Source of the DNA: Lama glama
Lineage: Eukaryota
Direction of reading: 5' to 3'
Assembly (NCBI GenBank): GCA_028534125.1
Contig: CM052816.1
Location: 27,034,001-27,098,000, forward strand
DNA: 64,000 bases
The translations under genes and the position numbers were made by a program. The notes below the pieces were generated by a model. That model was given only the letters and a program-made list of their open reading frames with translations. It was not told where the DNA came from and did not search any database. Below, piece after piece: positions 27,034-39,635 of this stretch; position 1 is the stretch's first letter, and each line of letters starts with the position of its first letter.

Positions 27034-27093
27034 AATAATAATAATAATAGTAATAGTAATAGTAATAGTAATAATAATAATAATAATAATAAT
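27034..27093. repeat. (AAT)n microsatellite with AGT interruptions
   Basis: Read directly from the sequence. Confidence 0.95.
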
Positions 27094-27103
27094 AGCAAAA
27101 GGT

Positions 27104-27216
27104 CAGAGGCATGGTGTGACCTTGCAAGTTGTACACTGCACAATTTCAGGGGGTGCTATTCATGTAGATTTTGGTGTGGAAAGTGTTCAACAGCGGTATG
27201 CAACATGGTGGCCCTG
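27104..27216 (+). mobile_element. MER91A-like hAT-Tip100 MITE
   Basis: 'gttgtacactgcacaatttcagggggtgctattcatgtaga...ggtggccctg' matches the recalled MER91A consensus. Confidence 0.75.
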
Positions 27217-27440
27217 CAAACACTTCAACAGCATTCACTGTGTGTCATGCACTATTCTAAGAACAGACTACTCAATTAATCTTCACCAAAATCCTATGCT
27301 GTAGATCCTCATATCCTCATTTTACAGGTAAGGAAACTGAGGTGGAAAAATGTCCAAGGTCAAAGAAATGGCAGAATGGAGATTTGAAACCAAATCTGGC
27401 TTCACAGTCCAGGTTCATAACCATCCTACCACACTGCCTG
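27217..27440 (-). mobile_element. MIR
   Basis: 'cctcattttacaggtaaggaaactgagg...ggcagaatggagatttgaaaccaaatctgg'. Confidence 0.85.
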
Positions 27441-30385
27441 GGAACTAGTTAGAACAGCTCCAAGGAAAACATTCTTTGTTCACTCCCTCATCATTTCAAA
27501 ATGATTTTGTGTGTGTTCTGGGCATTGTGCTAGGTACTGGAGTAAAGCAGTTCATGACCCTGTTTTTAGCCCAGTTTAAACTAAGAAAGTTGTAGGATTG
27601 TCTTTTCTTGAGGTTTTTAAACAACAGTGTCATCATGGATTTCTGAGGTGAGCTGAAGAAAGGGAAAAGTGTGCCTGATTTGTTAGGGTCCTTGGGGCAC
27701 ACAGGAGCCAGGCTGGGATGTGATTAATGACATTCTAGATACTTCTTGTGGTAAGACCCTTTCTTACTCTCCTGATTCCAAAGTGAAGCAGCATAAACAT
27801 TCCCTTCCTTCTTGTCTTTCTCTTCCTCCTCCTCTTCTACTTCTACTACCTCAGTACCCTCCTCCTCCCCTCATCTCATTGCCTGAATGGCAACTCAAAG
27901 AACAACTCAAATCTTCCCTACTAGCAAGAAATGTGTTAATTCAATAATCTCATTAAATGTATAAAAATAATGTTAAATGAAACATACAGTCATTTTATTT
28001 CTGAAGGCAGAGACTCTAACTGTGTTTTATTAAATAAGCTAGCAGACATAAACTCATTCCTTTATGGTCGTATTAGTCAAATATGAGCCCTATGAACTCA
28101 CAGAGGAGGCAGTGTAGGAAAAGAATGAAAACATATCAAGAGGCAAAAATCCATCTGTAATCACCATGTTCCTTGTGTATTATAGTCTCAGGCCAAAGAA
28201 CTTCTCAGTGAATGTATTTTTCCCCTCAGGTTGATGTATATTGACAACCACCCGTGGACACCAATTTTTTAAGAGTAGACTGTGAAGGAGGCAGAGGCAA
28301 CCCTGTATTATATTTCACTGAAGCATATTTGCCATGAAAATAACGGTTATTGCCTTGGCCACTCAATGGTCAATACCTTTCAGTATGAATACAGGGAGTT
28401 GCATGAATTATATTTATAACAGCTTCCTTTAAACTGTGACAAGATGGAGATGGGGGATGGGAAGGCCCATACTGAATTATCCCCATGGCCTGTAGTTGTT
28501 GTTAAGGGAAAAAAAAGGCAGGGCTCATCAGGTTGCAAATGTAAGCAGTATTTAACCCAGTCTGTTAATAAAGAGTAAGGTTCGCTTGCTGGTGCCCCAG
28601 CAAGCCATGCCTCATAAGCATTGTGGTTTACAAAATTATTCCAACTTAGGCACTGCTACAAGTAAAATATGCTGCTGGCTGTGAAATAATGAGAGGGATA
28701 ATAAATATATAAAACTTGGAATCTCCTGATGAAAAATGAAAGAGATTTCAGAAACCCAACCAGTCAAACTCAGACGAAAGACCCCTAGTGTGCTCACCAT
28801 GACTAATGCCCTGGCCTTCCAAGTGAGAAGCTCAGATTCAATTTCCTATTCTGATATTTTGTTCTGGAGGCAGCTATGATGGGGACTGTTACTGGGACAG
28901 CGAGGTCATCTGGTGTTGGTCAGTGGGTGGCTCCGAGGTCCAGGTGGGAGAGAATCAAAGGTGTTGGCATGTACCCCAGAAAATGTGTCACTACAGCATT
29001 GGGTGCAAATATTAGAGGGGACAGTTAATGACAGGAACATTGAACTTTGATGTACCAGTAAGGAGTACTCTTGCTAACTGTCCTTCTGTTCCTCACAACC
29101 CTCGGAAGCAGTCAAATGGGTCTCATTAAATTTGCTAAAAGTTGAGGAAACAAGCTCACAAAGTCTTGCCCCAGGTCGCGTGATTGGTAAGTGGTGGTGC
29201 CTAGAGGAAAAAGCCTGATTTTATCACTGTGTAGAACTCTTTCCCTTTATCTGTGTATTGTTACTGTTTCCCTAGCCTGCTCTTAAACCCATCAGCACGA
29301 TGCACACACACACACACTCTGTGGGGTGTCAACCAACCAGGCATCTTGTCTAAATTAATTTATGTCATGAGATCATTTCTCCACACTCCATTTCACACTG
29401 CCTGTGGAGACATAAACCTAGTCTTCAGTAAAAGAATGAAGACTTTGGTCCCTAATTTGGCCCTAAATGTCATGCAGAAAATGTTTTCTTAACTCTGTGT
29501 GAGCCCTGGAAGGCTTGTTTGCTTGACTTTCGAATGCTGCCAGCCAGAAGACACATTACCCTAAAAGACTTTACAGAGGAGGCTGAATCCTGATGGAAAA
29601 TTTATGCCTGGGAGGATGTTACTTTACAGAAAAGCTTTGGGGGTGGGGGCGGTACCTAAAGCTTGGTAAAAATTCTTCCTCAGCTGGCAATTCTGGCCCA
29701 TGGGTTCCCAAGCAAGCTTAACTTTGTAGATGTTAGCTATTAAGATTGACCATAATGGTTGGTACAGCCTCATCTCAAATTTCTTCAGTAGAGGAATGTC
29801 TCTTAATTAATCATTAAGAAAAAAATAGAAGAATAAAGCAAGAGGAAAATTACATGTTTGTCTTATTCTAGATAACATTTTAAGCTCTCTGACCCTGCTG
29901 AGCCCACAGAAACATGTCTGTGACACAAAGAAGTAAAATAAATTGCCAGGTCATCACACCTTGCCCATATCAGACCTCCTTTCACATTCAATAAATGATG
30001 TGTCATTAGAGGCAGGCTATTAGCATTGTGAGGGAGGATGTTTTAGGAGCTCTTTTTCTCCATCTTCTGAACACTGGGGCTGTGGTTAAGAGCCATGGTG
30101 TTCTAATCTACGTGTCAGGAGCATCAAGCAAGATAGTCTGATGGCTTCTGAGTATACATTCAGGAGGTCCTTGTTTGAAACTAGCCTGTCATCAGCGCTG
30201 TTCTCATGGCAGTGAGAGCCAGCAGCTACTATATAGGATGGTTATTGAGAACACAACGGGACATCTGCTCTCCCATTTTCACATAGCTGTGCTTTTAGAA
30301 TAAGACTCCCAAGGCCCCTTTTAAAAGCACATCCATGACAGCTGAAAGGGACAATAATCCATCATTTCTTATTTATACCCCATAA

Positions 30386-30562
30386 CAGTATTTCTCAATC
30401 AGAAGTGTGTATAACAATCAAGTAAACTGCATCAAAAACACAGATTACTACCTCCCTCTCCCAGAATTCATTAGGCTGGGGATAGACAGATAATTTACAT
30501 CTTATAAATTCTCATGTTATACGGATACTGTTGGTGAAGGCATCACATTTTGAGTAGCACTG
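30386..30562. mobile_element. MER5-type hAT MITE
   Basis: TIR-like ends cagtatttctcaa...ttgagtagcactg. Confidence 0.75.
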
Positions 30563-30940
30563 TTCTAGAGATAACTTTTCAGATTAACCAGTTATCTAAT
30601 AGAGATCTGAAGAAGTGGGACAGAGGTAGATTGTGCTGAAGAAAGGAAGATGAAAAATTTTTCAGTATTTGGGGATGGTGTAATGGAAGACACATATAAA
30701 TGGGGATTCCCTGTAAGTGAGCTCTGGGAAGCCTATGGGAGAAAGATGAAGAATAACAGAGGAAGGTAGATGGAAGACGACCTCATCAAAAATGTCTTCT
30801 CCTCACAAATTTAACAAAGGCCAATGCTGGTACTGGCAACTACCACCCAAATCCTTCGTGTTTTCTCCACTTATGAATGAAAGTCTTTCAGAACATCAAA
30901 TGCCATACCTTTTGATAGTAAGTAATCTTTAAGAATGACA

Positions 30941-31402
30941 TAAAAAAGAATAAAATAATGTCATTTGCAGCAACATGGATGGACTTGGAGATTGTCATTC
31001 TAAGTGAAGTAGCCAGAAAGAGAAAGAAAAATACCATATGATATCACTTACATGTAGAATCTGAAAAAAAAAGGACACAAATGAACTTATCTATAAAACA
31101 GAGACAGACTCACAGACATAAAGAACAAGCTTAAGGGGTTAAAAGGGGTAAGAAGGGATAAATTGAAAATTCAAAATTTGCATCTCTTGGGGAGTGACGG
31201 AAATGTTAACGATCTTGATTGTGATGGTGGTTTCATGGGTGTATACATCTATCAAAATTCATCAAACTGTACATTTGAAAAATGTGTAGTTTACTGTACA
31301 GGAATCATACCCCAATAAAGGTGTTAAAAAACAAAACAAAACAAAAGCAAAACCAACAACAAAAAATCCAAACCAACCAACCAAAAAAAAAAAAAAAACA
31401 AG
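30941..31402 (+). mobile_element. 5'-truncated L1 with chimeric 3' end
   Basis: Lineage-type L1 3'UTR (30941-~31181) fused to an L1MB/MC/ME-type terminus and an A-rich tail. 13-bp TSD tttaagaatgaca (30928-30940 / 31403-31415). Confidence 0.85.
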
Positions 31403-32199
31403 TTTAAGAATGACAAATCAATTAGCAAATGTGAATCAACTATTATTCTTGAAGGACTAGAAAATTCTACCTGTCTTTAAAGTTGAATCTATCCAAATGA
31501 ACATTTGGAAGAAACTGGAGTGGCGGAGCATTGCAGGAGTTGGGGAGGGAGTGGGACTCTGGGCATACTTTGGGCTGGGGCCTTCGGATGCTGTACACTG
31601 TTCCTTGGAATTCACCAAAGAACCTTAGACCAGAATCTGCCTAGTGGGGGTCCTTAGTAAACTCTGATTGACCATATTGTCCAGACTGGCAAAAGTTCAG
31701 GGCTGTTCTTTGTTGCTTCAGAAATGGAAAGATTGAGAACAACTGCCAAGTCTTTGAAGTGTGTGCCTGTGGGGCTAGACCTCACAGCTGCTCAAACCTG
31801 AAAATAATTTAAGTATTTCACCACTGCAATGATTCAGTTGGGGTTAGAACCTCACCAGATTGGGGCCTGGCTTTTTTTAATGTATGAATTTTAAAAATAG
31901 TTGAGAGGTGGGGTTCAGAATAGAACCTATCCAGAAAAATTCATGCCCTCATGTAGTTTCTGGCAACCCAAGGCCTCCATGGTAGCCCACGCACCCACCA
32001 GTCCTGTTTCTAAAGCAGCACCCACCCAATTCTTTAGACTGTCCTGATTTCTCCCTGTTCCTCACTCATCAAAAATTGTCTCCTATGCCCTAAGTATACG
32101 CTAAAATAGTGAGTGAGTGTGCCAAGGTAATCTGATGAACACCAAGGTTGGTTTCTTCTTGTCCTTCATGTCTTAGTTCACTAGTTACCTTTCCATGCA

Positions 32200-32455
32200 A
32201 ACTTTCCCTGACCATCCAATGTATAGAAACAGTCCTTTTTTTTAAAAAAAAAATCTCATACTTTTATTTTCTCCATTTCATTTCCTACTCTTTGAAATGG
32301 ACTTCTACTCTTATTTATCCCTCCCCACTTTCAGTGTCAGTTCTGTGTGAGCTGAGATCTTGTCACTTTTGTTGACCATACTGTCTCATAGCCTAGACCT
32401 GTGTTTGGCACATGGCAGATGCTCAAAAATATTCCTTGACTACATGAATGCATTC
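32200..32455 (+). mobile_element. L2 3' fragment
   Basis: 'gcctagacctgtgtttggcacatggcagatgctcaaaaatatt...atgaatg'. Confidence 0.7.
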
Positions 32456-33127
32456 AAGTCAAGGTGGAGATGAGTGATGTCTACAGCTTAGTCCTACAGG
32501 TTAAAATACATTTTCACAAGACCCTTAATTCTTTAACTCAGAGGAACCAAAAATGTGGAAATTTTGGTTTTTCATGGAAGCCTGAGGGTGTTGGGCCACT
32601 TCACACATTGCTTAATTGTGTCATGGTGGTGACTAGCTCGAGCCCCATACAGATGCTGGCATGCTACATCACAGAAAGGACTTGCTGGCCAAAAGGACTA
32701 ATTGGAGTCTCATGAAGGTGACGGAAAGAGCTTGTCAGCCCAGATTCACCCATCCCCATCATGTAAGTGCCTCCCTAGAGGGAGTTTTGTCTGACAGTCG
32801 TTAAGTTACAGATTTTCGAGGAAAGTGACATCATTTCAAAGCTTTGTACTAAGGTAAAAATAACCTATAAATTCCAAGTATACAAACTCTTCTTATCTCT
32901 GCCTAAAATTGGCCTTTATTCATCTGTTTTAAATTGAAGATGTACACTTTCTTTATTGTCCATGTCCTTTCTGCTTCCAAAAGATCAGAAAAGGCAAATA
33001 ACAGAAGACAGTGATTGTGTTTTTTGCTGTTTGCAAGCACTCTTTAAAGCGTTTGAGAAAATCGAAAATCTAAGCTCTGAAAGATATTTCTCGATGATAA
33101 ACACTTTCCCAAGACTATGGTCTAGAA

Positions 33128-33580
33128 GAGTAATTTACAAAGTATGGTCCCGGGATCAGCAGCATCATGATCACCTATGAGTTTGTCAAAAATACAAATT
33201 CTCTGGCACCACTGCAGACTCAGGGTGTTGGGAGGACCGGGTTCCAGGGGGAGCTATATTTTTTGCCTCTTCAAGCTTCTGTTGGCTGTCAGTGTTCTTT
33301 GACTTCCAGCTGTGAAGCTCAATGTCTGCCTCTGTGACCATATGAGTGAGAAACTTGGGTGGGGTAGCCATTTGAGTTTTGACTAGGTGATTCTGTGAGT
33401 ACCACTGTCTAGAACCTTGCTACTCAATATGTGACCTGCAGTCTAGCAGCATCATCATCACCTGGGAGTTTATTAGAAGCACAGACCCATGGGCCCTGCA
33501 CCAGATCTAATGAATCAGAATCAACAGTTTAACAAGATCCCCAGGGGATTATTACGAACATTAAAGTTTGAGAAACACTG
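33128..33580. mobile_element. Two adjacent MER5A-type MITEs; the first carries an MLT1-like fragment (~33225-33343)
   Basis: 'caaagtatggtcccgggatcagcagcatc', 'agcagcatcatcatcacctgggagtttattaga', and the end 'aaagtttgagaaacactg'. Confidence 0.8.
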
Positions 33581-33744
33581 TCTCTAGCATCTACTGGCAT
33601 GTCCTAGTAATAAATCATATGAAAAATTGAGTATATTAAAATATTGTACCTTGCTTTTGCACTACATTTTTAGGAGCTAAGGTTTTAATTTTCTTCAACT
33701 AATGCATTTTAAAAATAAGAGTAATCTAAATTTGTTTTTCTGTG

Positions 33745-33915
33745 ACAGTTTTTCTTAAAGTGTGCTCTTCAGATAAATCCTCTGGAATACTTACTATATC
33801 TGGACCACATCTCAGTTCTATTACATTAAAATTTATGTAGACATGCCTTGGAATCTATATTTTTGACAAGCATCTTAGTGATTCTTACTTCTTTTGTCTA
33901 AAGCTGGGGAACTTT
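33745..33915. mobile_element. MER5-type MITE
   Basis: cagtttttcttaaagtgtg...gacaagcatcttagtgattctta...aaagctgggaact. Confidence 0.6.
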
Positions 33916-35329
33916 TATTTTGGAGATAGTTTTCTCTAATTTTAAATCTTCAGATTTGCTCTTGAACAGTAATACTTGTTAATGTTCTAATGAAGAAATT
34001 GGCATGAAAATCAATGCCACTAGAAAAAAACACTAACTGCATCTCAAATTAATAATGTGCTTATAATTTTAATTTTAATAACTATAATATATATAATTAT
34101 AATTTTAGTAACTATAGAGTTTCTCAAGACTGTAATCTCTTACTTTGATATTTCTGATATGAGCAGATTTTAAGTCAGAAACATAACTTTTCAGGGAAAC
34201 ATAGCAACATATAAAGGCCTTAGAGAAAAGGCCCCCATTTACGTCAGACAAAAGTCTCTTTTCCTCTTGTTATTATTTTCTCATCAAATTATTTTTCTAT
34301 CAAGACAAGTTGTCATGAAAAATTAAGGATGAGATCCAGGGGAACTCATTCTTTCATCCTTGTTCATGCCTTCCTTCCTTCATTTTGTTGAGGTTGCGTG
34401 AGAGCTGCCAAGACATCCACACTGGTTAACAAATGGCTAATTGACAGTCACCCATCTGTTGATGTGATTTTGGCTGTTTTCAGATGGAGTCAATGATCAT
34501 TAGATTTTGTTTCCCCTCATGGGGGAAAGCTGTGACATACTGATTACCTGACAATGTTAGAAAGATTTCTGACTTATTGTTTATGTAGCCTACATAAATC
34601 TTTCTTCAGGTTAGTGGTCCTGTCCCACTACTAAATTCTATCTAAATCCATAGTTTAATTATTTTTGTCATGGCATATGGATATTGGAGCTTTTAACAGT
34701 AGTGGTATGTAAGCTGTAGTTCATATTTTGAAGTATTGCAGAAATAATTGGCAAAATTTGATGATTTGCCTTTCTAAAGCTCAAGCAATTTCCCCCGCCT
34801 CTACATACTGTGTTTTCTCATATGTCTTGTGATCTCTCTGCTGGACAAAATACACAAAAGCATTTTCAGGATGAGGGGGAAAGATGAAAGAGTCATGCTC
34901 TAATCTTTTCATGGTTGAAAGCCTTGACTATACTTTGCCCAGAGAGAGTGGCCTTGAAACAGCACAGACAGTGACAATCAAGCTTTGAGGCCTGACATAA
35001 ACATAACTTTTCTCCTTGGACAGTATCTCAGGAGCATTAGTAGGGGCTATCACAGTACCTGTGTGGTGCTCTTACCAGTTTCTCTTCCCTACCTGCTTGT
35101 ACTTAACCAATGACCACCCCTTCTCCTTGTGAGACTGGCCTCTTGTTAAGACTGTTAACCATTTGTAGAAATGAGTTTACTTTTCAGTAACTGTCCCTTT
35201 TTTGGAATGAGCCTGTGTCTTATCTAAGTCAACAGAATGATCTGGGTTTATTCAAAACATTTAGGATCAATAATTATGACACAAAGTAAGCAAACTATGC
35301 CACATTACCATTAAATTATCTTATAACCA

Positions 35330-37800
35330 TACGTCAACATATTTTATTGAGCACCTACTATGTGCTGAAAACTGTGCTAAGTACTGAGGATATCATGTTT
35401 GCAATCCAGATATGGCCGTTGTTTCCATGCAGCTTAGATATAATGGGAGAGATGGGCATTCATCAGATAACCACAAATAAAAAGTTATAACGGGATGACT
35501 TATCAGGCTAGCTCAGGAAGGTTTCTTTGAAAAAGCTGAATTGAGATCTGAAGGGAGGGTAGGAGTTAACGAAATGAAGGGGGAAGGATGAGCAGTCCAG
35601 GAGTATAGGCTCTGGCTGGGATGAGCTTTCCAGGAACTGAAAGAAGGCCAGTGTGATGAGAGTGGAGTGTGATGGGGTGTGCCATAGGAGTGAGGTTGAG
35701 GGATGCCTTGTGCAGGGTCTGTAATTCAAGTTAAGGACTTCAGTTTTATCTCAGGATTAATGGGAAGCCATTGAAGTGATTTAGGAGGGGGATTGGAGGG
35801 AAGCAAGAGAGGAAGAACGTAGACATATTTAGGAAACCATTTTAGTAATCCAAGAGAAAGATGGTAGAAATTTGGTCTAGAGTGTTTGTACTGGACGTTA
35901 TGAAGGTTAAACAGGTATTGTCAGACATTTGAGAAGTAAAATTGATGAATTTTGATAGTGGATTGAATATCTGAAGTGGCAAAGAGAAAGATGGTGCTTT
36001 TTTAATTGGAAAAATAGTATGGGGTGCCAAGTTTTGGTGAAAGGGGATCATGAGTTGTATTTTTGAACATGTGGAATTTGAAAGGCCTTTAGGATACTTA
36101 AGAAATGATGCAAACTGGGCAAGTGTCTATATTAAATGGTAATACAAATTTGCATACAGATGGCACTCAAAGCAATGAGAGGAGAAACATTTACTTATGG
36201 AAACTGCTAGTGTACACTGAAAAAGGAAACTCCCAAGGTTTAATGGCAGAGAAGAAGAGATGATCCAGCAAAGGAGAAAAAGAAGAGCTAGCTGCAAAGG
36301 CAGGAAGAAAAGCCCCGAAAGAATATAATGTCTTTGAGGTCAAGGGCATGGCGTGTCTGGGGAAGGGGACAATAAGGTAAAGCATCCCCATTAAAATGAG
36401 GGTTCATACAGAAGAGATTTGAACATGTTTCACGTCAGTGAGAAGGACTGAGATGGAGATGCTGAATACGTAAGAAAAGAAAAGGGATTACAGACTGAAA
36501 ATTCCTGAGAACATAAGAGGGGAAGAGATCGAGAGCATAGGTTAGTTGTCCTATAGCAGTAGAATCATCCGGAAGGCTTGTCAGAAAAGAGATTGCTATC
36601 CCTCTCCCTCCCAGAGTTTCTGATTTGGAAGGTGTGGAATGGAAGTCTGGAGTGGAACCCAAGAATCTGCATTTCTAAAACCCCATAGATGATGCTGATG
36701 CTGCTGGTTCAGACCCCATATAGAGCAACTGGCGGTCAGGTTGCTATAGGTAGCTTCTTATGTTTTGATTAAAAGTAGATTAGGGAGTGCTTGCTGATAA
36801 CTTCTGTAATCATTCTGAAGGAGGAAATGGGAGCAATAAAGTTGTGGGCTTGAGAGCAAAGAAGTATGAAACACCCTTTGTGGAGAGTAGGGCAGTGAAA
36901 CTGCCTAAGAAATATGGTAGAATTTCCCTGCAAGTTTGAAGGTCCTTGGAGGTTGGCGGTCACGAATTCAAAGTCATTTCCACCTGCCCTGTTTTTGCGG
37001 TTTTCTGTAGGAAAAAATATGGCTCCTCATATGCTGGCCTGGAGAAACCGGATTGTTGGTTGCACCTAAGATTTGCATGTTGCAAAATGTGTAGGATGAA
37101 GCTAGAGGAGTACAAGGTACTTGGCAAATGTTTTTACAAGAGTTACTGAAATGCTAAACGAAGCAATCCAAGCTGGATGTAGGGAGAAGGGAAGAGAGGA
37201 GAGGACTAGGGGGTTGCGAGAGAGCAGAGGCATCAACAGCTTGAAGGCTTCAGTGAGGTCAGAAGACAGGTTTAGTGGTAGGTGAACAAAGGCTCTGGGA
37301 GAAGAGAAATTTGTGTTTAGAGTGTGGGATAGAGGAATTAAAGACTGTAGAGGTGGGATAGCTGGCCATGATGGTGAAGTTATCTTGTGAGTGAGAAAGG
37401 GACTGCAGATGAGGAAATTAAGGAACTAAGGGGACAGTAGGCTGAATGGAATCTTGAATATGACAACTGAAGTCACCAAAGGATTGGAAGACTTGAGTTG
37501 GAGAGCAAGATGGTGACCTAGAGCCAGGGCCATGATGACTGAGGGAGAACGATGATGAGCGAGGGAGAGAGTTGATGAAAACAGCACAGATAGAAATGGA
37601 GGATGAAAAAGCCAAGCACTACAGGAGTCAGAGATTTTTTTTTTTTTAGTATAAAATTGGAGGAGCACTAGTCTGGGAGAAGAGTTCTCCATGGAAATCC
37701 AAGCTTTATTTAAGCCTGTAGCAAAGGGGCTGTGGAAGAAGAGATCCAGGAATTGAGACTGTTTGCTGGTTATGGAGTACCATTTGCAGAGAAGAAAGAA
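35330..37800 (-). mobile_element. Long decayed L2 element with a MER5A insertion (~36545-36732)
   Basis: L2 3' end 'tttattgagcacctactatgtgc', 'gggaagccattgaag', and purine-rich antisense L2 ORF2. MER5A motif 'aagaatctgcatttctaa...gatgctgatgctgctgg'. Confidence 0.75.
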
Positions 37801-37814
37801 AAAGAGGTACTCTC

Positions 37815-37960
37815 TCTTTTTCCTTTTTAACAGATGAAGAAATAGGGGCTTAGAAAGGATGAATGGCTGTCTGGAGTCTACTGAGCTAACAGGCACTGAA
37901 GCCAGGACAAGAACCTAGGTTCTCTGATTGCTAGCCTGGTTCTCTTTCCACTCCCTCGTG
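37815..37960 (-). mobile_element. MIR
   Basis: 'ttttaacagatgaagaaatagggg...gccaggacaagaacctaggttctctga'. Confidence 0.7.
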
Positions 37961-39635
37961 AAGCAGCAAAGCCAAAGGATCAAGCAGCAAAGCCAAATTT
38001 TCCCAGTCTCTGCGTCTTCCTGTCTCTTCCAAGGCATTTGTTGTTTCATTTATTCTGATTAAAGTTTATGACAAATTTTGGTTTGTTAACTGTAAACCCT
38101 TTTTATTACTGTTTTGAGTGGCTCTAAATGATTCTCTGAATTCTAGCATCATTTATTTCAAATGAGCACATTGGAAACCAAGAACTGTAATACCTATGAG
38201 TCATGTCTTGGAGAAGGAAGGGAAAAGAGCAATGAGGATAATATTTTCCCACCAAAAAGTACTTAAATTCTCCTTATTCAAGGGGGGTCAAGTGACCATG
38301 TGCTTAACGGATGCTTCTGATGTAACATACTCTTCCCCCACCTCTGCTCAAGTGAAGAGTAAACAAAGTTACAGAGAAAACACAGGCAACTTAAATATTT
38401 TCTTAAAATAATTTATGGCTTTTTAAAATAACTATATCCAAGTACTAGATTTAAATCCATCTAGCATCAATTAGCATCAATTTTATTTTACAAAAATGTA
38501 CTTGGGGATGATATACCCATGTAAAATTTGCCATTGGAGGGCTTTCCACAGCTAAATATCTGGAAGGGTCATTAAAATGGAATCTTTTAGAATGGATTTA
38601 TCCCTGATTCAAGTCCTTAAGGCATGTGTATATTTGTGTGTGTCCCCCAAAGTGCAGGTTTTACCAGAGTGAAAACCATCTGTGAAGATGCTGGCAACTC
38701 TTTGAACCAATCTCCACTGATAATTAGCTGTGAATTAACTGCAGTTTTGCATACTAAGTTTGTCTAGGCCCATTTGAAGCCCTGATTGAACCCAGCTCTT
38801 ATTCAAAGAAGCATTTGGTTTGTTGAGACAACTGGAATGATTCAACTGCTTCCATAGTAAATACATTACTCTGTGATTATATTTAATAGGCTCCTGACAT
38901 CCATGAAAGTAGCATGTCACACGTTGAGGCAGAATACTCCAGACAGTATTTCAAACTTAATTCTCCAACTGAAATGGAAATAAGAAACTACATTCGATAA
39001 AAAGGAAGTATTGAGTTGGCAGGATTTTTGAAAAATCCTCTTTACAGCTTGCTGGGCAAACTGATAGTCTAATGTTCTGGAAAAATAATTAGGTAGCTCA
39101 TTAGAGGTTCAATTCTACACTCATTTTTCACTCACTGTTCATGACAGAATCTGACCTCTGCTCAGGACTGTACATGAAAAAGGTAAGAGAAACTGAACAA
39201 AGCTTTTAATTTAAAAACCCTCATTGCTGGGCTTTATTTTAAACTGGTGATATGGAAGCAATAAACATTTTAATTTTATACTTTGTATAAGTATAGTTCA
39301 AGTCCTCTCTTTTAAAGACTGAACCAAGTGAATAATTTAAAAACAGCAAGGTTCTAATCGCAAGATGTTGAGACATAAAGTAAAAAGAACAAAATCAAGA
39401 TTCTACAAGATATAAGAGGCAGGAGTTAGTATTGTGTGAGTGTAACATCCAAGTATATTTAAGGAACTTAGTTTGGACTGATTTTATTATTTCTACAACA
39501 GAATTTCTACACTTATACTGCTCAAAACTATTTAAAGTTACATATATATATATATACATGTATGTGGGTATAAGAATGTGTGTATGTGTATTTATTATTC
39601 ATTTATGTTTAACTCATCCCTTTAGCAATTCATAT

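Noticed and set aside
27034..27093. Periodic short repeats that might suggest an array
   Set aside because: An ordinary microsatellite. No CRISPR-like repeat-spacer structure was found anywhere in this eukaryotic window.
37426..37896. Longest ORF (156 aa)
   Set aside because: It lies across decayed L2 and MIR sequence with low-complexity composition, consistent with a chance ORF.
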